From Trichoplax adhaerens (Eukaryota > Animalia > Placozoa), in the NCBI RefSeq assembly GCF_000150275.1, contig NW_002060956.1, positions 1,672,280-1,736,279 of the forward strand: a DNA stretch of 64,000 nucleotides, read 5' to 3'. The stretch's first letter is position 1. Every line of letters begins with the position of its first letter. Positions 54,101 through 64,000 of the stretch are shown in pieces. The position numbers were made by a program, and so were the translations under genes. Under the pieces are notes generated by a model. That model was not told the DNA's origin, searched no databases, and saw nothing but the letters and a program-made list of their open reading frames with translations.

Positions 54101-56757
54101 AACAAGAGAATTTGTAAAATTCCCATATCTTTTGATTACCAGCAAACTTTTCTAGGATAATATATCCAAACTGACAATTAAACCTCAATGGTATTGCAAC
54201 GGGTAGGCGTAGTACTCACTGAGGACAAAATAGGCTTTCCATAACGTAGAAAATTATTTATAGATGACTCATAATTAATTACATGGTGTTAAAGGATTTT
54301 TCAAGTTTTAATAGATCAATAGATAGTAAAATTTCCTTCTGCTTATTCACATATTAAATTTGGAATGTTTATTGACATATTGAGAAAGAAAATAATTAAA
54401 AGATTTGTTAGCTTTGTCGATATCTTATTATTCGTATTTTGCTCACATCCGCAGAAAGAAGAATTAAATTTGAGGAAATCCAATAATTCAAAGTTTATTC
54501 TTACGCTATAGAGTGCATCGGTGCTGTAGTACCTTTTTCATGCTTGTTGCTAATTTTTAATTATTTCTAATTATCTAGACTGTAATACCACTAAGAATGA
54601 TAGCACATATTACATATATCCGCTATGAAATAATTGCGGTCTTGGTCTTACAAATTGGACTATTTAATGTTTAATTTAATACTCAGTTAAATGCAGTAAA
54701 GAATTTTAAGTCTTCCTCTTGCAATAAGTATGATAATCCTGTATTACTACAATTTTATCTCGTTACGATCATTTATAAAGCAGAAATAATCTATGATGCT
54801 ATTACGAGTAAGAGAAGATTAAGAGAATTTTTAATAATAAGCTAGTGATATCGTTTACTTTTTGGCTAATTTAATGCTTGATTCTACGAGCAGCAGTGGA
54901 ATAGATTAGTATTTGCTTTCCAATTAAGTTATGCTAATCAACTTAGTCATATGCTCAACAACAGAAAGATTTCATTCAAGAATGCCATTGGGAATTACCT
55001 TCAATTCTCATATCAGCCAATAGCTAGGGTATAGCTAGTAGTCTGAATGTGGGATATTATGCGATTGTGTCTAATATCGGTATCGATCATTTAGTAGTAA
55101 CTACCATCACAAAGAAATGCAATTTTTAACGATATTGAGAGCTAGGTAGTATATTATTCCACTTCAGCTCATAATGGCAGATTTATAGAGATTTATTTAT
55201 AATTAAATTATACTATTATTGTTCTATAGTCTTCTCAAGTTTGATGCGTAAGTTTCATTTAAGAATTGGCAATTAAGCGTTAGATTGATTGCATAGACTA
55301 TGTTTGAAATGAAAGCCCATTTTGTAGTGAGGTATCAAAATTTTGTCACGGTAGCCAGTTTCGTTATGGTTGATATTATAAATTATAATATTTAGGCAAT
55401 GTTTCCGGAGATTTTATTCGACTAGATAATTACTTAATGTTCTTCATAATCGCGGTTTATTAATTTACGAATTTGAGCTCGGCCTAAACTTGCACTTTTT
55501 TCGGGATATGATCATCGTGCTATGGCTTTGCTTTTTACCGCATCCCATCAAAAAAGTCAATTTAGCGTGATACAGTTTATTGGCATTCAAACTAAATTTA
55601 GTCCTTTAAGATAAATATTAGTTTGTTCTCCTATCTCGTGGATTTAATTGATGATTAATGGACTAGAAGTATTAACAAATTGATATTACTATATGGGTAT
55701 AATGATAATAACAAAGGCTTGTTCTATGATAGTAGTGTAGGAGAGAGTTCAAATTCTCAAGAAAATTTTGAGAAAACGAGTAGAAGATTATAATTCTAGA
55801 TTGACCTCTATTATACGGTACTTTCTTGTATATGATGTTAAAGAATGCTAATAGACTAGTCTATTCATGTCAAAATTTCCATTCTATATCTTAATTTATC
55901 GCTACTCTAGAATTGCATGAATTTTATAAAATCTCGATTACGCATCGTTAAGCTTAGGAATTGTATAGTTCGTTTATAATTATAATTAAATCAAATAATA
56001 CTGCAGAAATGGCTCTAAATTATAAAAGACTAAAGATATACATATTACCTTTGATAAAAGCTAATTGTTTCCTAAGTTGTTCAGTCTAAGATTATTATTA
56101 GCGCAAGAAAACATTTTAAATTATGTAATAAGATCATTTATTTGCAGTTACTTGATACGAAGCCACGGTTATGTTAGGTATATATTTGTTTTCGTAAATG
56201 GTAATTTTTTTATGTAGTCTAGACAGCAAGGAGAATTTTTGTGCACCCATACCCATAGATTGTTTGCTTAATTAATTCATTTTCAAGTCATTGACAGCTA
56301 ACCAGATGTTTAGCTTTGATCTTATTGCCTTGTTTCAGCAAATAATTGACATAAAAATATATCATGGTTTAGAGTGGACTTGCTTATGCTCATGGAAATA
56401 TCTGATTGTAAATAAAGTGAACATCGTCATAGCAATAAACAAGCATCACTCAAAACATGAGAAGCCTTTACTATTAATTAATATCAAGGGCAATTTGCAA
56501 ATAGTAATCGATACTACGAAAAACTTAAATTATTTTGTTGATCAGGAATTACTGTTTTTAAATCTGATATAAATTTCAGTTCGATGTTGGCAAGCAGATT
56601 GCGTTTCTGTAGAAGTGCTTATGACAACGGAATTTAGTTCGCTACTTACAATCCATTTTGGATATCACAACATAATGATGCCCGATTATTGCTACAAGAT
56701 CCAACTGAATAATTTAATAATGTGTCCTTTGTATTTAATAAATTGTGAATTTTTGAT

Positions 56758-56807
56758 NNNNNNNNNNNNNNNNNNNNNNNNNNNNNNNNNNNNNNNNNNN
56801 NNNNNNN
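56758..56807. other. Assembly gap (50 N) with near-identical sequence duplicated on both sides
   Basis: 55975-56204 repeats at ~56808-57038, and 56613-56757 repeats at ~57039-57183. Confidence 0.95.
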
Positions 56808-58199
56808 TTATAATTATAATTAAATCAAATAATACTGCAGAAATGGCTCTAAATTATAAAAGACTAAAGATATACATATTACCTTTGATAAAAGCTAATT
56901 GTTTCCTAAGTTGTTCAGTCTAAGATTATTATTAGCGCAAGAAAACATTTTAAATTATGTAATAAGATCATTTATTTGCGGTTACTTGATACGAAGCCAC
57001 GGTTATGTTCGGTATATATTTGTTTTCGTAAATGGTAAAAGTGCTTATGACAACGGAATTTAGTTCGCTACTTACAATCCATTTTGGATATCACAACATA
57101 ATGATGCCCGATTATTGCTACAAGATCCAACTGAATAATTTAATAACGTGTCCTTTGTATTTAATAAATTGTGAATTTTTGATAACCCACTAAATAATTT
57201 TTTGGAATCTGAACAAACATTAGCTTATCCAATATATAATGCTGTATCTATTTGTATTTTGAATAGAGAATGAATACTATTCATTTTTTCTCTTATTCTA
57301 AAATTACAGTATGAAAATTTTAGTATTAAAAATTAGGTCTCACATTAACTCGCCGATTCATTTTACTCACAATAATTACATCATAATTAATGTCAGGCTG
57401 ATCCATTTTACTGTAAACAGAAGATTCTAAACGTACAAAGCCAATCGAAATACTCCTCAATTTGAAAAGTGAAGAAGGATACCTGATAATTAGATAGAGC
57501 GAAATGATATTTTAGAATCTTTAAAGGTAATTATCGGTTATTGTTTATTTTCTAGTTAGTTTCGTTTCATTTCAACTGATTCATAACATCACAGGTATTG
57601 AAAGCAATATTTATGCCTAAACAGTAATGCGATTCTCCTTTCAATTCCTTTCATTAATTAGAAAGGTAAATAATATTACTGCTATAAATTTACCACTTTT
57701 TGGCAAGATATAAAACAACGGGAATGTTGTTCAGATAATTAATATTATTTTGAATTTTGCTGTAAATTCTCAGAACTTCACGTTATAGGTGTGTAATATC
57801 TCCATGATAGTTATTATTGTTTGCAATCTATAGAAATATGTTAATATAAAGTCTAAATATTCAGTACTAACATCACCACAGTTTGTTGATCCATTGACAC
57901 AAGCAATGAATTGTTCTATTTACTTTACTTATTAAAGTATCACAGCTACTATTTTCATGACATGTAATTGAATAGGAGATTCATCCTATTTTTACAAATA
58001 GTTGAGTCATAAAAATTTGGCTATGCTTTATATTGTCTTAAGCATTAATGGATCGTTGATTAATGCGAAAATTTCTATGTTTTAATGGATTAAAATCAGA
58101 GGCACGAATTATTTTTGATCACAAGCGTTATTTTATGATTGTGCTAATGTATGAAATTCCTTGATTTGTTATTACGCTATAAAATTAATATTAAACATT

Positions 58200-59095
58200 T
58201 ATTTTGTAGCGATAGAGCTCTTATTTAGATTTTATACAAAATCGACTATAGTAGAAATATGAAATTGTTACAGTGTTATATACTGTATTAGAGTAGAAAT
58301 ATCTATGTTAGGATAATTCATGTTAGACTATCCTTATTTTGTTAACTTCTAATTTGGATATACTGCGATTTAATATAGCACTGACTTTTTATGACAGTGA
58401 CACATATACACATACTGAAATTAATAGTTATAATAGGGAATGCAAATCATCTACTTACAGTTCGAATCATTGAGATTGTAATTTACTTATGGTAGATTGT
58501 AAATTATCATGGAAATGTTCCGTGATAGGGCATATCGTAATCTGACTATTCTGTATTAGTCATTACATGTCTATGTTCGTAAATACTGTTGTCTGCATTA
58601 AGGGAGCAGTAGCTAAAATTAATATCTAATTCAGTAAATGATTCCGATATTAATTGTATTAACTATGACTCATGAACTATTGAGGAATAGTATATAAATG
58701 CAGTATATCGTGTAATAAAGCGGAATCTCAAACTTAGTGTTTAACGTAAAATACGAGGCGTTTAAGTCTTTGTGTAGTCTGCTAGTAGAGCAAAAGTGTT
58801 TGTGATAGTGCAGATATCGTTCCTTGATACGTGGTTCAAGGAATTGACTTATTGATCGTATATTACGTTATCTTGTCGCAAAGCTGTTTTGTGACAGAAA
58901 TGTTATTTTAAAATGTATCTAGACTATCACAAACTTAATTGAGTGTACTAACATCAGTAGCATATCTTATTCAGATGGATATAATTTGTTTTGTAGTGGT
59001 AGAGCTGTTACTTAGATTTTATACTAAATCAACCATAGTAGAAATATGAATCGCTATTTTAAAATGTATCTGGACTATTATGAACTTAATTGAGT
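58200..59095. repeat. Short dispersed/tandem diverged repeats
   Basis: ttttgtag.g.tagagct.tta.ttagattttatac.aaatc..c.atagtagaaatatgaa at ~58202 and ~58989; tattttaaaatgtatct.gactat....aacttaattgagt at ~58904 and ~59055. Confidence 0.75.
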
Positions 59096-62000
59096 ACCGT
59101 AGTATTATTAACACACCTCTATTCCCAAGTATAAAAATATTTTGTACAATATAATTTTATGAAATTGATTAAACTTCTACTTTTAAATTTAACGACTACG
59201 ATGAGGACATTAAAAGTAAGTATTTGCAGCAACTGCTCTGAAATACCTGATCTACATTCCCTGTTTACGTTTGTTCGCTTGGTGAACGAGTTTTAAATAC
59301 TAGCTTGATCAGTCACATAAAAGTCAATTAAAGCTGCTATTTTTGGAAACCAAGATAGGAATAAATTTCAGTGTAGTGTATTCTTCATTACGATTTTAAC
59401 CTTTTCATCTTTAATTTTTAAAGTGAAATAATGCAGGCTAGCAATTAACGTCATTACAGTACGCTCTTAATCGAAACCTATACTAAATTACTGCCATTTG
59501 CCAAGAATCAAGCAAATAAGAAAATTTACAATTCTGCTCATTTCAGCCCTAAATATTCGTTATCATTACTAGTGAATTATCCGTTCAAATGAACAGGGAT
59601 TAAACTTTAAACCAAACACACACTTAACATTTGAGGGTTGATTCTGTAATTTAATTAAAATATTGCTGATGCAATGCAAGACGTTCAATTTTGATATATT
59701 CATTATTTCTAATCAGATTTCTACAATCACTTTGAGACTCACTTAATAAAGAGCATTTATCAGCTCGATGTTGAAACTTTAAATGATTAAGTGATTGGGG
59801 TGCTAAGAGAGAGAATGGAAAGTATTGTGATAGTAAAAGCAAATCTGTTACGAATTTACTCAGTCAGGATTTATCGTGTATAGTATAAAGATTTTGTGAT
59901 ATTCTGAAGTTAATCTTACCAGCTTTTCATGATAATTTTTAGTATTTCTCAGTTTATAAAAAATACTAGTATACTTGAAGAAAACAAGTTAATAAAAAAG
60001 CTTCCAATGATGAGAATTATTGCACATTATATAGTTTAATGTGAAAGATTAGCACCGGGGTTATTTGTGTGACATATGAAATTGTTTATAAGCTTCATTA
60101 TTAATTTTTAATCTCAGTTCCACTGAGGCTAACGTAGAGTACACTGGTACAAACGTAAACGGGCTAGTAATAAAGATATTTATTAACCTAAACCTATCGT
60201 TTGACTCGATTACTATAGTATAGGAATAAGTTAGTTTTCCCTTACTGAGGATCTTCAGAGTTAGTCGGAGAACTATAAGAGTAGATAGACTAGTTTCGGT
60301 ACGATCACGAAAGCTGTTTTGTACACTATGATCTACGCAATTTATTGAAAATATAGGTATTAGTTCCTATGTTGAAGACTAATTAAAGTCAGATGTAAAG
60401 CTCCTAGAGTATGGCAACTTTACCTTATGGTTATTAATTATCCACAGATTTTGATTAATCTAAAATTAATAAGTGGGCATAAGATGCACTATTTGAGTGT
60501 TATTTGTGTTGGCATTCTAAAACAGCTTATTGATTTATTTTCAAATTCAAGAATAAATCTCAGCTAAGATAATTACTGTCCATTATAGAATTCCATTAGA
60601 AAGCACATTGGACACAATCTCTTAACCAGTGTAAAGAAATACGTGAATATGCAAGTAGTTTAGAAAAATATAAGAAAACTTTATTAATAACATAAATCTT
60701 GCTCCTTTTAGTCTTGCAATAGCAATAGTGTAAAGTATGGAATATTGTGTTCTAGCCAAAAAAAGATTCTGCATTCTAAGACTTGAACCATCTCGGGTAT
60801 GGTCTGCATATTGACATAACAATAATCAAAATATTTATCTTGATGCTGTAGGTCTACGATCATTATTCTTAAGTCCTTCTTTCTAGTCTCTCTAAGCACC
60901 TTGTATCAATTAAATTGTTTATTAGATTTACTTTATGAGTAGGACCCCTGTAAAAAAATTAGCCTCTGCTAGTTTTAACCAATAGCCTGCAAATTCTTTC
61001 CAATATCGTCTAGCCATTTATTAGACTTTAATTGACCCATTATACAAACAAAAAACAACTGTTACTAAGTAGAAAATTACGCCGAACCTCTTTATCACCA
61101 TATCGATTGCTATTGCTGCTGTTAATTTAGAAATTAAGGCACTCGGTTCTAATTATTTGATACACCGAAAGAAATTGCTTAATACTATGCACGGATTTGT
61201 AATTGAAATATATATATTTCGTATTTACGAAATGTAATAAATTTTCTGGGGTACACTGATACAGTATTTATTATTCGACAAATTACAGTTAGATTTAAAA
61301 GATCTATTGGAATTATGATATTAGGTAAGTTCACAAAACATTTACCTCAGGAATAGCGACAACACCTTTTGATTAGAAATTATCTCAATATGACTGTAGA
61401 TAATAGTTAATCATTTACGGTAGATATGCAGCTATAGATTTAGTTTTATTTTATCATAAATGGTATTTATCATCAATATTGCTTTACCAGTTGAAACTTT
61501 CATTAACAAAAGGTCTGCAGAAAATGTGCTGTTGAAGATTGTTTGTTTGAAATTGACAGAGTTATTGACATCATTATAGATATTTAATAATCGGCTACCT
61601 AATACCACTTCATTTTCGAAGTTAGATTAATTTTGGGCAAACAGCCATGACTGAGCGTCTAAGCTAAGATAAGTGATATCATTTCCTAAAGATTTCCTTT
61701 ATACCCCTTTTAAGTAATAAATAACCTTCATAAGTACGGCAAGATTCCAAAAACTGATCATTGCTTTATTTGGGTCAATGTTATTGCATATCAAGAAACA
61801 ACAATGCGGTAATATTGGAGGAGTATGATAGTTATAAGGAATTAGCATCAAATTGTAAATACCGGTAAGGAAATATTGTAAAGCAGATTCCTTGTATATT
61901 TTACAAAATTTATTATAAATTATGGTCAGCTAAATATTGTCAACAGTTTGAAATCGAAAAAAAACTAAAGTAATAAAAAAGTATTTAATGATTATGAAAA

Positions 62001-64000
62001 TAACGAATTAAGCCTGCAATAATTAATGTATAAACATAATATGTAAAGTGAATTCCTGACATATTTTAGAAAATTTCTTATATATATATATGTTGCGATT
62101 TGAATGCATCGCTATCATTTCAAAACTGATAATTTTCAACAGAAATCCTAATAAAGCCTAAAATAGGAATTTTTAGTTTCTAGTTTGATTTACTGTAACT
62201 TTATTGGGAAAATCACCGTGCAAGAAATTTTAATGAAAGGTATACCAGTGTAAGGTAGGACAGTCATAAAAATAAAAGTAGGAGATATGATTAAAGTTTG
62301 ACAGAAAATTTGAAGTAGAAAACATTGTAGTTGCGGATAGACAGTAATTTATTATGATGATTGATTACAGTACTGCATAATAACATCCGGGTATGGTTAT
62401 CCGAAATCTCGGGTAATTCTACTCGCGAAATAATAAAGTGAGAAACCATCCAAAAAGCTTTGTGCTTACTAAGACTCGAAATAAGCCTTTTCACCTTCTG
62501 ACTTATTGGATTGAGTTTAGATTGGGTTTACTAAAGAATTGATCTCAGTTTTTACTTTATCATTTCCATAAAAATTTATCGCCTTCAGATAAAACCAATA
62601 TTTATTCTAAGTCTGGATTGATTTTCATTCAAAAAGGTAGAAGCTTTAGATACTGCCAGTACTTCGTTTTAAAATTGAAGTAATGACGCAGCATAAATGC
62701 TTAGGACATGAAAAGCTGTTATCGCTGATATGATTTGCAATATCAATTTTACACTAAGCTCTTAGATTCGTGTGTCACAGAGATTTCCGGCTGTTCTATG
62801 CGGTTTAGCTGGAAGCTAATCATTGACTTAACCTTACAATATGAGTTATGCTGATATCAGTTTGTTATGGTATTGCGAACTTATTTGACTTGATCTATAA
62901 ACTCGTAAGTTGGTTAATCTAGAGATTTACTAATCTATACATGCAATGAGTAAAACTCACGTAATATGATGGTAACAAATTATCATCTTGTTTTGCTCGG
63001 CATTGTTAGGATAGTTACGAATTTTATCATTGTTTGTTGGGTATTGCGAGATCATTTGACGTAGACATCATATTCGCATCGTATAATCCAACGTGATATT
63101 AAAAGAGATAATGTAGTCGTATGCAAGGGCTAGAAACTAAATTAGTACGCCAGTTTATATCCTAATATCATTTCATAACGAGCAAATTCCTCTGAAGATC
63201 CTGCTATTATCTTGTTATACTGCACTGCTCTTGATGCTGTTCTAATTATGATATTTATCTACGCTAAAAATGGTACGAGAGAGAATAATTATTGCTAAAA
63301 CAATAATAGAAAATATTCTTTTCTAAGAGTCGCTGCTGTGATGAATTTGTTAGTATATCCCTTCCTTGATAATTTTTAGTTATTTATAATGGTGATGGTT
63401 ACCAATACTTTATGTCGTTTTTACTCAATGGGATTGGATTTTTGATCATGAAAGTGGATAGCTGTCGTTACAGTGATTGTGAATTGAATACATACCTTTT
63501 TATGTTGAATGGTATCGGCTAATTTTTTTTTAATTTATGCTATTAACTCTGCTATATTAGAGATTTATAAGTTGTATATTAGTTGTTTATGAAGCTTAGG
63601 ATTTCTATTTACCGTAATAATTGATGAAGCAGTGACTGTAATGATCTTAACTACTGATATACTCAAAAAATTTTAAATATTTACAATTTTAGCGGCTTTC
63701 AGCACTTTACATTGATTGGATGCAGTAAGTAACTACATTCCAATGGGTAAGAGTAATTTTAGTTATTAATGATAATTATTATTTGTATATCTTTTGTTTA
63801 TTACGTTTAATGGTTTTACTTATCCACCTCAATGCTAGTAATAGAAAATAATTCATTATTTATTTGTCATATATAAGACAGGAATTTCACCAAGATCATA
63901 AATTATATTTATTAACTTTTATCGATAGTGATCAATCATTGTAATCGAACTTTTACATCACGTTTAAAAATTACTCAATTGACTGCATATACACCCTCTC

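Larger units (their letters stand above)
50300..60900 (-). pseudogene. Possible heavily decayed YWTD/FN3 receptor (LRP- or ROS/sevenless-like) remnants
   Basis: Scattered minus-strand fragments with stops or frameshifts: YGVNPFG..QNLHGISIDVNVG (50410-50650), YKLNLEG (~52850), PKIESS (~53150), YW-[fs]-DMRIE (~55010), LF*WDAVKSK (~55540), APQSLNHLKF..YIKIERLALHQQY (59651-59805). Recognised by eye only. Confidence 0.3.

Noticed and set aside
56615-56923. 102-aa ORF spanning the N run
   Set aside because: Artifact of reading through an assembly gap.
1-64000. tRNA/rRNA genes or an intact transposase
   Set aside because: None recognisable by eye or in the ORF track; tRNAscan-SE, Infernal and a repeat-library search would be needed to exclude them formally.

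Overview
AT-rich, intron-containing animal genomic DNA. The gene content, short GT-AG introns and ectodomain-less LGR-type GPCR suggest a placozoan such as Trichoplax; this is an inference, not a database result. Genes spliced by hand: two tandem STRA6-like genes (minus; the first runs off the left edge), a GH29 alpha-L-fucosidase with a GC-AG intron and a type II signal anchor (plus), a small ankyrin-repeat protein (plus), an SV2-like MFS transporter with a miniature luminal loop (minus), an intronless CYSTM1-like gene (plus) and an intronless LGR/RXFP-like 7TM receptor (plus). Non-coding features include a nested minisatellite, several ~270-300 bp tandem duplications, a ~4 kb tandem duplication, probable decayed YWTD/FN3 receptor remnants, and a 50-N gap flanked by what look like two uncollapsed haplotypes. 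The most striking signal is dense mixed-orientation TA-NNN-TA arrays (TACAGTA/TACTGTA, also CAC/GTG, CCG, CAGTG) in both divergent promoter regions. They match Tc1/mariner excision footprints, and duplicated segments give three empty-TA versus footprint-filled site pairs.
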